DNA of 64,000 nt from a virus. The stretch covers positions 1 to 64,000 of the IMG/VR virus record IMGVR_UViG_3300036791_001056. One strand, given 5' to 3'. Both the position numbers and the translations under genes were made by a program. The notes beneath the pieces are model-generated. The model made no database searches. It was not told the origin of the DNA and was given only the letters and a program-made list of their open reading frames with translations. Of the stretch, positions 20,024-30,341 are shown in pieces; position 1 is the stretch's first letter; each line of letters begins with the position of its first letter.

Positions 20024-20844
20024 GCCGGGTCTACTTTCACTCAGAGCACGGTGAGGCCGAGCTGTGGGGAGGTGAGCGCGCTCATCTCGGCGTGTTGTGC
20101 AGTCACGTGGCGCTCGGAGTCTTGAACGTGCAGCACAACTATGAGGCGCTGGCTGAGCTCATCAACCCGGCGTCATACCTCAAGAGACCGGTGAGCCCAG
20201 GTGAGCACCTGCGCTGGGTCAACTCAGTTGAGACGGCCATCCAGGTAGCGTACGTTGATGATTTGCTGTTCAGATGGCGCGGCCGGCCTGTCAACATGTG
20301 GGAGATGTGCCTGAACACCGCGGCGCGGATCGGTAACGACGCGCTGCGCCTCGCTGCGCGGATTCACGGCCAGTGCGAGATCCACTGTTATGTGGAGGGC
20401 ATCAACCGCTGGTGGCTGGCTGACGTCATCGACAGCGGGCTCGATGCGGGAGTGCTCCGGCAGCTGGCGCCGTACTTCAAGACGGCGTGTGATGATACCG
20501 GGCAGTGGGAGAGCGTGACGAGGTTGCTGCGCGACCGCGATGACGAGCCCGTGGTGTTGTCATACTCGATATGCGAGCAGTTCCCGAACCCGGACGCCGC
20601 AAACTGGTGCTCACCTTACGATGATGATGACACCAGTGATGCACGGCGCGAGTTGTGGGATGAGTTGCCTGATGACGAGCAGTGGCAGATCGCACTGCAG
20701 GCACTGAGACAGCGGGGCGGCGGACTGGAGCTGCAGCCCGCTGACTGGGACACGTTCTACTTCGGGTCTGGCCTGACGGCGCTGGACTTGACCGCCCGTG
20801 ACTGGCGCGACCGGCTGGATGAGAGACTGGAGGTCACAGCGTGA
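20020..20844 (+). CDS. Hypothetical protein
   Basis: Long ORF with GTGA overlaps at both ends. Confidence 0.7.
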   Translation: MSRVYFHSEHGEAELWGGERAHLGVLCSHVALGVLNVQHNYEALAELINPASYLKRPVSPGEHLRWVNSVETAIQVAYVDDLLFRWRGRPVNMWEMCLNTAARIGNDALRLAARIHGQCEIHCYVEGINRWWLADVIDSGLDAGVLRQLAPYFKTACDDTGQWESVTRLLRDRDDEPVVLSYSICEQFPNPDAANWCSPYDDDDTSDARRELWDELPDDEQWQIALQALRQRGGGLELQPADWDTFYFGSGLTALDLTARDWRDRLDERLEVTA

Positions 20845-21065
20845 CTGATGCGATTGAGCCGCGCGCAGCGGGTGATGAGGAGCTCTTGGCAGCGCTCACC
20901 ATCACCTGGCGAGCGATCCGAGAGCACGTTGTGACGAGCACCGCGCCCATCATCTGGAGCTGTGGTCCCCGGCCGCTCCAGTCGTCAGATGAGATCAGCA
21001 TCAGCGTGGGTAGCCGGCACTTTTCGGTCAGCGTCACTGATGCGGGGCTGATCACCGGTGAGTGA
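20841..21065 (+). CDS. Hypothetical protein
   Basis: RBS GGAGG; operon packing. Confidence 0.5.
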   Translation: MTDAIEPRAAGDEELLAALTITWRAIREHVVTSTAPIIWSCGPRPLQSSDEISISVGSRHFSVSVTDAGLITGE

Positions 21066-22032
21066 CGCGCCCATCATCCTGTCGCACAGCCAGCTCAAGT
21101 CATTCACGATGTGCCGGCGGCGGTGGTGGCTGGCGTGGCACCTCGGCTGGACTCTCAAGAGCGAGGTGCCGACGGGCGTTGTGCACATCGGCAGTCACAT
21201 CCACCTCGCCCTCGAGGGGTGGTACGGCTACGGCCTGGACCCGCTGCAGGTGCTGCGCTGGTCGTATGCTGATGTCATCGCGCAGCAGCCTGGGCACGCT
21301 GAGCAGCTGCGGAAGGACCTCGACCTGGCCGAGGCGATGGTCGATGGGTTCATGAGCTGGGCAGCAGCTGAGGGCATCGACCAGGGTCTGGAGGTCATCG
21401 CCACCGAGCACGAGGTCAGCCACGAGGTAAACCTGCCGGGAGCGGCCGGCCAGCAGGTGATCTTCCGCGCTAAGCTCGATCAGCTCGTGCGCCGTGAGAG
21501 TGATCACCGGCTCTTGTTTCGTGATTGGAAAACCGTAGGGGGCCTTGAAAAGAGCGCGGCGCTGCTGCTTGACCAGCAGATGCGGTTCTACGCGCTGCTG
21601 CAGGGACTGGTCCATCGTGATCCGCGCGACCGCGCTGATGGTGCCCTGTACGTTATGCTGAGGCGCTCTAAGCGGACAGCGCGCGCTACCGGGCCATTTT
21701 ACCAGCAGCTCGAGGTGACGTACAACCGGCACGATCTCAACAGCACGTACCTCCGCGCTGTCTCGGTGGCTGATGGCATCATGCGCACTAAGCAGCTGCT
21801 GGCGGGCGCTGATGGTAAGTTCTTCGCTGATCACCGGTACGCGTGCCCGCCGAACCCGACGGACTTCTGCACTTGGGGCTGTCAGTTTTTTAGGATCTGC
21901 GCGATGTTCGATGACGGCAGCCGGGTCGATGCTGCGCTGGCGGCCGAGTATGTTCAGGCGGATCCGTATAAATACTACGATACGTCGCGGATCCAGCGCG
22001 CTGTAACGGCGCTCAGCCCGGTACAGCAGTGA
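21058..22032 (+). CDS. Cas4/RecB-like PD-(D/E)xK exonuclease
   Basis: SHSQLKSF.MCRRRW, KLD, DWKT, QMRFY, C-terminal Cys cluster. Confidence 0.88.
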   Translation: MSDAPIILSHSQLKSFTMCRRRWWLAWHLGWTLKSEVPTGVVHIGSHIHLALEGWYGYGLDPLQVLRWSYADVIAQQPGHAEQLRKDLDLAEAMVDGFMSWAAAEGIDQGLEVIATEHEVSHEVNLPGAAGQQVIFRAKLDQLVRRESDHRLLFRDWKTVGGLEKSAALLLDQQMRFYALLQGLVHRDPRDRADGALYVMLRRSKRTARATGPFYQQLEVTYNRHDLNSTYLRAVSVADGIMRTKQLLAGADGKFFADHRYACPPNPTDFCTWGCQFFRICAMFDDGSRVDAALAAEYVQADPYKYYDTSRIQRAVTALSPVQQ

Positions 22033-22250
22033 CTGCTGCGCAGTCGCCACCTGCCGGCTTCTCGCTCGTGACGCAGATCGACAGCGGGTTCCACGGGTGG
22101 CACATGAGTGAGGGCGACTTCTTGCTGACGTGCGAGACGTGCTTCTGCGTCGTCCACAGCCGGCGCACCAGCGCTCACTCAGCGTGGGACGCTTGGCTGC
22201 TGACGACCCTGCCGCCCGGGCAAGTCAAGCCACCGAAGGGGGTGACGTGA
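22029..22250 (+). CDS. Small Zn-binding hypothetical protein
   Basis: CxxC...H motif. Confidence 0.45.
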   Translation: MTAAQSPPAGFSLVTQIDSGFHGWHMSEGDFLLTCETCFCVVHSRRTSAHSAWDAWLLTTLPPGQVKPPKGVT

Positions 22251-22475
22251 GTGAGTCCTGAGCAGGTACCCAGTGGCTACTCGCGAGCTGGCCAGATGAG
22301 TGGTGCTGGTCCTGGCCAAAGCTGGCTGCTGCGCTGTCACCGGTGCGCAACTGTGGTAAACTTCGCAGCAGATAGTGTTCATACTCACAATGAGTTTCAT
22401 GCCTACATCGATCGCACGCTGAGTAAGCTGAGCACCGCCACTGACCCGCGGAACTTCAGCCAGGGCTGGCACTAA
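22251..22475 (+). CDS. Small Zn-binding hypothetical protein
   Basis: CxxC...H..H motif. Confidence 0.45.
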   Translation: MSPEQVPSGYSRAGQMSGAGPGQSWLLRCHRCATVVNFAADSVHTHNEFHAYIDRTLSKLSTATDPRNFSQGWH

Positions 22476-22513
22476 TGTGAGCAGCTGTGATAGGATTCAT
22501 ATAACTCGCTGAC

Positions 22514-23311
22514 GTGATGGGAGTCTCATTGCCTGTGCCTCAGTACGGCATAAATGCGATATTCCACGGCCCGTCCAAGGCCGGTAAGTCATATCTCGGT
22601 GACACCACTCCCGGTCCTCGCGTCGTGTTGGACGCTGAGGCCGGCTCGCGGTTCACGCCGAGCAAGAAGATCTTGTGGGATCCCATCAGGCAGCAGCCCA
22701 ATGACTTGCTGGCCACCCCGGGCTGGGACACGGCACTGGTGCCGGTGCGCGACTTCCGGACGGTGCAGAAGGCGTTCGAGTGGCTGAACTCCGGCCAGCA
22801 CCCGTTCCGCAGCGTGGTCATGGACTCGATCTCTGAGGTGCAGCAAAGAGCTGTCGATGACATAGCGGGCACTAACCAGATGCAGACTCAGGACTGGGGC
22901 CAGCTGCTGCGCATCGTCTCGGACCTGGTGCGCAAGTTCCGAGACCTCGTCGCAAATCCCATCAAGCCGCTGGATGCGGTCGTCTTCATCGCGATGACGC
23001 GGCAGGTGAATGAGGTCTGGCGACCCTACGTGCAGGGTCAGCTCAGCACCACGCTGCCCTACTACGTAGACATAGTCGGCTACCTGGCACCCATCGTGAC
23101 GCCCGAGACCGGTGAGCTGACGCGGCGCCTGTTCACCGGCACGTTCCCGGGCTATGAGACCGGTGAGCGCGTCGGCGGATGCCTAGGCCCATTTACCGAC
23201 AGCCCGGACGTCAGCCGCATGCTGGCGACCATCCGGGCCCGGACTGACGCTGGCATCATCACAGCTGATGCCGGTGTCATCACAGCACAGCCGCAGCCGC
23301 TCTTGAGCTAA
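22514..23311 (+). CDS. Sak4-like AAA_24 ATPase (recombinase)
   Basis: GPSKAGKS, LDAEAG, VVMDSISE; lies between exonuclease and SSB. Confidence 0.85.
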   Translation: MMGVSLPVPQYGINAIFHGPSKAGKSYLGDTTPGPRVVLDAEAGSRFTPSKKILWDPIRQQPNDLLATPGWDTALVPVRDFRTVQKAFEWLNSGQHPFRSVVMDSISEVQQRAVDDIAGTNQMQTQDWGQLLRIVSDLVRKFRDLVANPIKPLDAVVFIAMTRQVNEVWRPYVQGQLSTTLPYYVDIVGYLAPIVTPETGELTRRLFTGTFPGYETGERVGGCLGPFTDSPDVSRMLATIRARTDAGIITADAGVITAQPQPLLS

Positions 23312-23370
23312 TCCCAGCTCAGCCGAGCATGAGCTAAGCTAAGCCAAGTAGAGCAGCACCCAGCGCAGAC
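23305..23370 (+). repeat. (NNNAG)n pentamer-phased tract
   Basis: cccag ctcag ccgag catgag ctaag ctaag ccaag tagag. Confidence 0.75.
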
Positions 23371-23384
23371 CGAAGGGAGAGCGC

Positions 23385-24050
23385 GTGACTACCGTTCCGT
23401 GGAGTGACCTGCAGAAGGCGGCCGGGGAGGCGGGATTTGACCCAGTTCCAGCCGGTACGTACGACGTCGTGATCGACACCGCGCAGGCTAAGACGGCCGC
23501 TACCGGTAAGAACATGATCGCCGTTAAGTTCAAGGTTGAGAACGGCCCGCAGCAGGGCAAAACGATCTTCAACCAGTTCGTGCTCTCACCCGACAGTGCC
23601 AATGCGCTCGCGTTCTTCTTCCGGCACATGACCGCGCTGGGTCTCGGTGAGGCGTACTTCGCGGCGCAGCCCCCGCTCGAGCGGGTGGCAGGTGACCTCA
23701 TCGGGCGGCGGTGCCAAGTTCAGGTGTCCATCCGGCAGTGGCAGGGCACAGACCGCAACCAGGTCGAGGCGGTGGCCCCGCCCGTGGGCGGGCCGGGCGC
23801 CGCGCCAGCACCCGCAGGCCTGCCCGGGATGACTCCCGGCGGCGCACCAGCGGGACCGGCACCGGGTGTTCCGGCCACGTCACCCGCTCCTGCCGGCCTA
23901 GCACCGGCACCTCCCGCGCCGCCAGCATCTTCTCCCCGGCAGTCACCACCGCCCGCAGTCCCGCAGGTACCGGTGACTGTGCCCTCACCAGCACCATCGC
24001 CCACGCCGCCCCCGCCTCCCGGCATGGGTGACGATGACCTGCCGTTCTGA
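23385..24050 (+). CDS. DUF669-like single-stranded DNA-binding protein
   Basis: PVPAGTY, Pro-rich linker, DDDLPF tail. Confidence 0.85.
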   Translation: MTTVPWSDLQKAAGEAGFDPVPAGTYDVVIDTAQAKTAATGKNMIAVKFKVENGPQQGKTIFNQFVLSPDSANALAFFFRHMTALGLGEAYFAAQPPLERVAGDLIGRRCQVQVSIRQWQGTDRNQVEAVAPPVGGPGAAPAPAGLPGMTPGGAPAGPAPGVPATSPAPAGLAPAPPAPPASSPRQSPPPAVPQVPVTVPSPAPSPTPPPPPGMGDDDLPF

Positions 24051-24628
24051 TGAGCCGGTACCGCTCGGATCCTGACGTGACCGTCACGCTCCGCGGCGCC
24101 GCGCGCGCCGCGCGCCTCGCGGACATCGGCGGCGCGCGGCATGTCGTGATCGATGTGGACGGCTGCCTCACACCCGGCTACCAGGTGATGGACGAGTCAG
24201 GCAGTAAGCCCGTCAAGGTGTTCGGCCTCGATGACTTCGCGGCGCTGATGCGCTGGTGGGGCATGTTCGACGTCACAGCAGTCACCAGCGACCTCTGCCC
24301 GCCTACGATCGCGCGGCTAGAGAGCTGGGGAGTGCCCCTGACGGAGGCACCAGCCGAGTCAGCTGCCCGCGTCAGCGTTATCCGAGCCATTACCGGCTCA
24401 GACCTCATGACGTGCGTATATATTGGCGACGGGTATCATGATGCATCTGTCATGCACCAGGTCGGGTTCGGGATCGCGCCAGCTGACGCGTGGCCCGAGA
24501 CGGCCCGGGCAGCGGACGGGGTCACCAGCGCGCCGGGTGGGCGCCGCGCGGTCGCGCTGGCGCTTGACTTCATCGGCGAGAACCTGCTGGCCAGCCCTGG
24601 ACAGGGCCGATCACCAGGTGTAAGATGA
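24050..24628 (+). CDS. KdsC-like HAD sugar-phosphate phosphatase
   Basis: IDVDGCLT, YIGDGYHD, APADA, PGGRRAV. Confidence 0.85.
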   Translation: MSRYRSDPDVTVTLRGAARAARLADIGGARHVVIDVDGCLTPGYQVMDESGSKPVKVFGLDDFAALMRWWGMFDVTAVTSDLCPPTIARLESWGVPLTEAPAESAARVSVIRAITGSDLMTCVYIGDGYHDASVMHQVGFGIAPADAWPETARAADGVTSAPGGRRAVALALDFIGENLLASPGQGRSPGVR

Positions 24629-24649
24629 GAGAGGAAGGGAGATGAGCCA

Positions 24650-25546
24650 GTGGAACTGTGCGTAGGAGCCACGAGTCGCATCGTGGTCGAGGAGGCCGCG
24701 AAGCTGGGTGTGGCGCAGATCATCGCGAGCCGGCGGCAGGTCAATGCCGGTGGCGGCTACACCGGCTTGACGCAGCGCGATCTCGTAAAGACTGTTCAAG
24801 ACATCAATCCCACGGTGAAGATCATCCGAGATCACGGCGGACCGTACCAGAACGGTGATCCCCACGACAACTGGGTCCGAGAGCTCGATGAGGACGAGCG
24901 TGCTGGCTTCGACGGGCTGCACCTGGACGTGTCCACGCTGCCTCGTGATGATCAGGTAAAGGAGCTGCAGCGGCTCGTCAACCGCTACGCGACCAGTGGC
25001 GTCACCAGCATCCAGATCGGCGGAGAGCGGGACAGCCAAGCGTGGCTGTTCGTCTTGCTGGCCGCGACGCTGGCGGCAGGCGCGCACCCGTCTCACTGCG
25101 TTACCGCGCTCGGCGGGCACGTTCACGCAGACAGGCAGTGCGGAGAGCTGCTCTCGGTTCCCGAGGCCCGGCACGTCACCCTGATGTATCACGCCCTGGG
25201 CGTTAAGACGGTCGCGCACAACACTGACTTCTGCGACCGCGGTAAGTATTCATCAGCGGTCGACGCGATGAACGTGGCGCCTGAGTTCGGAGTCATCGAG
25301 ACAGATGCGTGGCTGCGCGCCGCCGGGCCGGATGTGGCCAGCGAGCTGCTTAAGTCCGGGTACGAGTCGCAGCGCTGGCTGCGCTGGTTCGGCGCCGGCT
25401 CGCGCGGCACCCGGTTCGAGCGCGCCCGCTGCGGGCTGCGGTACATCTGGGCCGAGCTGCTGCCGGACCTCCAGCAGGCCGAGTGGTACCCGCGAGCAGA
25501 GCAGTACGTGAGGCAGGAGGTCAGTGATGCCATCGCAGCCGGCTGA
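24650..25546 (+). CDS. GatZ/KbaZ/UxaE-like TIM-barrel sugar epimerase
   Basis: GGYTG, RDHGGP, GFDGLHLD, AHNTD, NVAPE. Confidence 0.7.
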   Translation: MELCVGATSRIVVEEAAKLGVAQIIASRRQVNAGGGYTGLTQRDLVKTVQDINPTVKIIRDHGGPYQNGDPHDNWVRELDEDERAGFDGLHLDVSTLPRDDQVKELQRLVNRYATSGVTSIQIGGERDSQAWLFVLLAATLAAGAHPSHCVTALGGHVHADRQCGELLSVPEARHVTLMYHALGVKTVAHNTDFCDRGKYSSAVDAMNVAPEFGVIETDAWLRAAGPDVASELLKSGYESQRWLRWFGAGSRGTRFERARCGLRYIWAELLPDLQQAEWYPRAEQYVRQEVSDAIAAG

Positions 25547-26024
25547 GTCACCTGCGCCGATGCCACCCCAAGGTGACTGTGGCGCGTGGGTGAGTGATGA
25601 TGCATCGCTGCCGCAGCGCAAGTATTCGACGGGTAAGCTCATCAGTGCCCTCGGTGAGCTGCCCTGGGGCGTAACTGTTCACCAGAAGCCGTGGGGCACC
25701 GAGCAAGAGCTGTCACTGCCCGTCCTGAACTTTACCGTTAAGCGGCTGGTCGTCCGGAGTAACGCGCGGACGTCACTGCAGGTTCACGAGAGCAAGGACG
25801 AGGTCATCATTATCCTCGGCCCGGATGACCCGCCAGAGATCCAAGAGCGCGGCTTCGTCGAGCTCGCGGTGCTCGGCGGAGAGCTGACGGTGGTAGACCT
25901 GCCGGTGATTCACGTCCCTCCGAGCGTAACGCACCGCGTTACCGGGCCGCTGGAGTACCTTGAGATCTCCACGTACCACCCGGATGATGTGATCCGGCTA
26001 GCGGATGATTACGGGCGGTCATGA
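25524..26024 (+). CDS. Cupin sugar isomerase (mannose-6-P isomerase C-terminal type)
   Basis: KPWG, TSLQVHESKDE, HR, EIST, DVIRLADDYGR. Confidence 0.8.
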   Translation: MMPSQPAESPAPMPPQGDCGAWVSDDASLPQRKYSTGKLISALGELPWGVTVHQKPWGTEQELSLPVLNFTVKRLVVRSNARTSLQVHESKDEVIIILGPDDPPEIQERGFVELAVLGGELTVVDLPVIHVPPSVTHRVTGPLEYLEISTYHPDDVIRLADDYGRS

Positions 26025-27538
26025 TGAGTAACTCAGCTTTCGTCATCCTCGCCGCTGGCCGTGGCAGCCGGATGGGCCGGGTGGGAGAGAGCCTGCACAA
26101 GGCGCTCTTGCCGTTGAGCCAGAAGGCGATTCTCACTCACCTCATCGAGCTCGGCCCGCCTGATGCTGAGCTCATCATCTGCACCGGGTACCGCTCTGGC
26201 CAGCTGCGGGATTACATGGCGCTGGCGCATCCTGGGACGCCGGTAACGTGGGTTCACGTGCCGGGCTGGTCAGAACCCGGTGGCGGTCCCGGTGCCTCGC
26301 TGCTGGCGGCGCGTGAGGCGATCGGCGGGCGCAGCCTCGTAGTCACGTCGTGCGACACGCTCTGGGACCGTGACCCGACGCTGTGGCACGCTGATCTCGA
26401 GTCGTGGGCTGCCCACGCGCCTATTCCGGCGGGCAGTGCTCCTGAGCGCTGGTGCCGGCTGGCTGTGACGGGTGACCGCGTCAGCGCGGTGATCGACAAG
26501 AGCTCGGGTGAGTTGGGAGCAACGCGGGCGTACACGGGCCTCGCGCACATTGCCGTCACTGATCTGGCGGCGTTCTGGCGCGGCATCGAGGCGGGGCAGC
26601 TGCTGAACGGCGAGCTGCGGGACCCGGCCGGGCTGGCTGCGCTCGCTGAGCGAGGACGGCTGCGCGGTCGCCGCATCGGGTGGCTGGACACGGGTGACAT
26701 GATGGCGTACCGGCGCGCTGTCATCCTCCGTGACGGGTATGACTGGTCGAAGAGTCAAGAGGCCACGTGGGTGCTGCCCAGCAGCGGGCGCGTCGTTAAG
26801 TGGTGGGCAGACAGCGCAGCGGCGCTGCGCACCGCTCAGCGGCAGCGCTGGCTCACTGAGTTCGGCACCAGCGTCTCTGCCATCGAGGCGCAGCGCAACT
26901 CAATGCTTGGGCTGCGGTATGTCCCCGGTATCATCGGCTATGACGCGGTTAAGAGCGCTGATGATCTCACCGCGCTGCTGTCATCTCCACAGTTCGCGGC
27001 GATCTCACGGCCAGTCAAGGTAGATCCGGCTGCTGCGCGCGCCGCGTGCAGCAATTTCTACCATCTTAAGACCTTGACCCGGGTGAGCATGCTGCGCCAG
27101 CCGGTCCGGTCACTGGCTAGTGACGTTGCCCAGCAGATCCGCTGGGATGATGTGATCAATCACCCGCTTCCATCACGGTTTCACGGTGACTTCAATCTCG
27201 GGAACATGATCTTCGACGGGCAAGACTGGCGGTTTATCGACTGGCGCGACTCATTCGACGGCGCCTTCGGCACGCTCTGGGGTGACTACCGGTACGACGC
27301 CGCTAAGTTCCTCGCCGGTCTGCGCGTCCGATGGGACTGGGCACGGCACGGTGACTTCACGCCGTGGGCGACCGGGCGCGTGCTGTACCAGCACGCCCGC
27401 GAGCTGCTGGGCATCACGCCCGGCGTTGAAGAGATCGGGGTGCTGTCACTGCTGGCGTCTGCACCGCTGCACGAGGTGCCGCTGGACGAGGTGCTGGTGA
27501 CGCGCGCGGCCGAGTGGATGAGTGAGCTGAGGACGTAA
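26021..27538 (+). CDS. Sugar nucleotidyltransferase fused to APH/choline-kinase-like phosphotransferase
   Basis: ILAAGRGSRM..KALLPL, WLDTG; HGDFNLGN, FIDWR. Confidence 0.85.
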   Translation: MMSNSAFVILAAGRGSRMGRVGESLHKALLPLSQKAILTHLIELGPPDAELIICTGYRSGQLRDYMALAHPGTPVTWVHVPGWSEPGGGPGASLLAAREAIGGRSLVVTSCDTLWDRDPTLWHADLESWAAHAPIPAGSAPERWCRLAVTGDRVSAVIDKSSGELGATRAYTGLAHIAVTDLAAFWRGIEAGQLLNGELRDPAGLAALAERGRLRGRRIGWLDTGDMMAYRRAVILRDGYDWSKSQEATWVLPSSGRVVKWWADSAAALRTAQRQRWLTEFGTSVSAIEAQRNSMLGLRYVPGIIGYDAVKSADDLTALLSSPQFAAISRPVKVDPAAARAACSNFYHLKTLTRVSMLRQPVRSLASDVAQQIRWDDVINHPLPSRFHGDFNLGNMIFDGQDWRFIDWRDSFDGAFGTLWGDYRYDAAKFLAGLRVRWDWARHGDFTPWATGRVLYQHARELLGITPGVEEIGVLSLLASAPLHEVPLDEVLVTRAAEWMSELRT

Positions 27539-28986
27539 TGCTCCGGATCGCTTACGGTAAGCTCGGCCGCATCGTCATATTTGACCAGAGCAAGTGGAAG
27601 ATGTCGGGTGAGGCGGAGGCTACCAACCTGCTGTACCGGCTCGCCGAGCGGAACCCGGCCATAGAGTGGCACGTTATCGGGAAGTCATCGGGTACTCCTG
27701 ACCCGCGCTACCCGAACATCGTGCGGTACTGGGACGAGAGCACGCCGAAGTCAGCGTGGGGCGTGGTTCCGGGTGGCGGTGGGCACATGTGCAATCACTG
27801 CAAGACTCCTGTGACCGAGTACACGTACCGGCTGCTGTGCTGTGGGCGCTCCAAGAGTGCGACCGAGTATGAGGAGCACCTCGCGCAGCTGGCTCCCAGC
27901 TTGGACGGTGCGGTGTTCCACCTGGGACAGCACGGCACCAGCCATAACTTCATTCCCAAGGTCGGGCGCACTTGGGATGACCAAGCGAGAGACGCCCGGG
28001 TGCGCCCGTACGTCTGGGCATTCAACTACGGCGGGTACGCGGTCCGAGCTCTCAACGCGCTCATGGACGCGCATGACGGCGAGACGGGCCGCATGGCGTG
28101 GCTCTGCCCGGACCCGCGGAACTACATGAACGGCCGCGACGTCAAGTGGCCCACGGGACTGGACGAGTTTGAGCCCGTCTTGGCGCAGTACGGCTGCGTG
28201 CTCAACGGCGTTCACGAGCGCTGGCGAGATGGCCGGCGGCCAGATCACCTCGGCATGGATGCCCGCATCGACGGCGGCACGTGGCGAGTTCAGCACCACT
28301 ACCGGCAGTCAGGCCTGGACATGCAGATGCTGCCCGATGACTGGGAGAGCTGGCCCGGCGAGGCATTTGCTGACCGGCATCCCATCGGTGTGGTGTCCAC
28401 GGCTGCGTACCTGCCACGCCGCGACTTCCGGCGCAGCGCGATGATCGCTGACTGGGTGCTGAGCAGCTTCCCGAGCGCGCCCATCTACGGGAAGTGGGAT
28501 GACCGGTCACTGGCTGACCTGCCCGCTGGCGCTAATATAGCAGCCAACACCCCTCACGACTTTGCTCAGCTCTTGGGATCGCTGCGGACGACGGTTGTTC
28601 TCCCGCCGACTCCCGCGGGCGCAGACGGGATGAAGTGGTGCACCGCTAAGCCGTGGCAAGCGTTCGCGGCGCGCGCCGTCGCATTCATGCTGCCGCCGGT
28701 GGACGCGCAGGGCTGGGTGATCCCGGCCACCCGGCAGGTGCCGGGCACGAGGCAAGTAGGAGTGGGTCTCTGGTCAGCCCGAGATGACTGGGCTGATGAG
28801 GACCTGCACCTCGCGAGCTGGCTGCGGCCCCAGAGCCCAGCTGAGCTGCAGGTGCGTGCCCACGCCGCGAGCACCAGCCCGGCCACGTGGGAGTGGCTCG
28901 TGACGGCGCAGCGGCGGCTGCTGGCTCGGCGGTGGGAACTGCGTGAGATAGAGTCTAGCATCGAGGAGAGGCTGAAGCTGAGATGA
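27538..28986 (+). CDS. Putative DNA glycosyltransferase (GT-B-like)
   Basis: N-terminal LRIAYGK beta-strand, PIYGKW, TAKPWQ; position in sugar and nucleotide operon; family assignment is inferred. Confidence 0.55.
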   Translation: MLRIAYGKLGRIVIFDQSKWKMSGEAEATNLLYRLAERNPAIEWHVIGKSSGTPDPRYPNIVRYWDESTPKSAWGVVPGGGGHMCNHCKTPVTEYTYRLLCCGRSKSATEYEEHLAQLAPSLDGAVFHLGQHGTSHNFIPKVGRTWDDQARDARVRPYVWAFNYGGYAVRALNALMDAHDGETGRMAWLCPDPRNYMNGRDVKWPTGLDEFEPVLAQYGCVLNGVHERWRDGRRPDHLGMDARIDGGTWRVQHHYRQSGLDMQMLPDDWESWPGEAFADRHPIGVVSTAAYLPRRDFRRSAMIADWVLSSFPSAPIYGKWDDRSLADLPAGANIAANTPHDFAQLLGSLRTTVVLPPTPAGADGMKWCTAKPWQAFAARAVAFMLPPVDAQGWVIPATRQVPGTRQVGVGLWSARDDWADEDLHLASWLRPQSPAELQVRAHAASTSPATWEWLVTAQRRLLARRWELREIESSIEERLKLR

Positions 28987-29216
28987 GTGAGAAGTACGAG
29001 AGCGCTGCTGATCTGGCGGCCAAGGTGGACTACGAGGGCAGTGTTGCCGACGCCATCATCGGTTACGGGATCAAAACCGAAGACCTGCCGGACGAGACTC
29101 CTCCTGATGTCCGTGCGGCGTGGGACCGGGTAGCGGGCATAACTGATGACGTCAACTACATCATCGAGTGGCTCGATGATGTTCAATCAGCAGCTGATGG
29201 GGATGAGCGTGAGTGA
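28983..29216 (+). CDS. Hypothetical protein
   Basis: Overlapping start/stop packing. Confidence 0.6.
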   Translation: MSEKYESAADLAAKVDYEGSVADAIIGYGIKTEDLPDETPPDVRAAWDRVAGITDDVNYIIEWLDDVQSAADGDERE

Positions 29217-29788
29217 GTAGTACCGACGGCTGGCGCTGGCTCGAGTCGACCCGTGAGCTGCAAGAGACCGCTTACGGCGTGGACTTCAGCCAGCCTCAGA
29301 CAGGTGCGCAGCGCGCGGACAACATGGTTCACCAGGGCTTTGCGCTGATCATCGAGCTCGCTGAGGCGTTCGGCGAGATCCAGTGGAAGGACTGGGCGCA
29401 GAACCGCGGCGTTATCAACCGTGACGCGATGGTGGGTGAGCTCGTGGACACCGCGCACTTCTTGGCGAACATGCTCACTTACCTCGATGTGACCGATGAT
29501 GAGTGGGAGCTGCGCTACCGCGAGAAGCAAGAGCGCAACCGCGCCCGCCAGCTGCACGGCTATGATGCGGCCGCGACTAAGTGCCCGGAGTGCAAGCGCG
29601 AGCTGGACAAGCCCGGCGCCGTCCGGCTCGGCCGGCGGCGCTCGGCAGACAGCAGCACGCCGCTGGTGTGCGACATGTGCCGGGTCTGGCTGGGCTGGCT
29701 GTCGCGTGATGACCTGGTTATCTGGCGGCCGGGCGTGAGCGTTCCGCAGGTGACATCGGCGTCGTTGTGCGGTCGAGGCGACGAATGA
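29213..29788 (+). CDS. Dimeric dUTPase/dCTPase (T4 gp56-like) with C-terminal Zn ribbon
   Basis: ELAEAFGEIQWKDW...GELVDTAHF...KQERNRARQ..GY. Confidence 0.8.
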   Translation: MSSTDGWRWLESTRELQETAYGVDFSQPQTGAQRADNMVHQGFALIIELAEAFGEIQWKDWAQNRGVINRDAMVGELVDTAHFLANMLTYLDVTDDEWELRYREKQERNRARQLHGYDAAATKCPECKRELDKPGAVRLGRRRSADSSTPLVCDMCRVWLGWLSRDDLVIWRPGVSVPQVTSASLCGRGDE

Positions 29789-30315
29789 GCGCGTTTAACC
29801 CGCTGACGCGCCCATCGTGGGACGAGTGGGGGCTGGGACTGGCTGCCGCGGTGGCTACCCGCGGCGAGTGCACCCGCCGGCGGATCGGCGCGGTCATCGT
29901 GAGCCGGCGCAGCCGGCAGGTGTGGGCCGGGTACAACGGCGCGCCGCCGGGAGCTAAGAGCTGCCTGCAGGGAGCGTGCCCCCGGGGACGGCACTTCGAG
30001 TTGGCTCGCGCCCAGCGCTTGGACGCGTCGACGGCCACGCAGTGTGCCTGTGGCAACGCGTGGCCGTGTCACCTGGCGGTCCTGCCGGACAGCGCGTACG
30101 ACACGGGAGAGGGCGCCTGCATCGCCACTCACGCCGAGCTGAACTGCCTGCTCGACGCTGGGAGGGCGCAGCTGAGCGCTGACTGCGTGATGTACGTGAG
30201 TGACCAGCCGTGTCCGGGCTGCCAGAAGATCGTAGCCGGGTACATCAGCCGCATCGTGTGGCCTGGTGGTGAGATCAGCGTGCCCAGAATTCATGTGCCG
30301 CCAGAATTCAAATAA
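29785..30315 (+). CDS. dCMP deaminase
   Basis: RPSWDE, GYNG, HAELN, PCPGC. Confidence 0.92.
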   Translation: MSAFNPLTRPSWDEWGLGLAAAVATRGECTRRRIGAVIVSRRSRQVWAGYNGAPPGAKSCLQGACPRGRHFELARAQRLDASTATQCACGNAWPCHLAVLPDSAYDTGEGACIATHAELNCLLDAGRAQLSADCVMYVSDQPCPGCQKIVAGYISRIVWPGGEISVPRIHVPPEFK

Positions 30316-30341
30316 GTTTTCGATCGTGGTATGATAGAGTC

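Noticed and set aside
23800-24030. Repeat element in the SSB gene
   Set aside because: Ordinary Pro/Ala-rich linker coding sequence.
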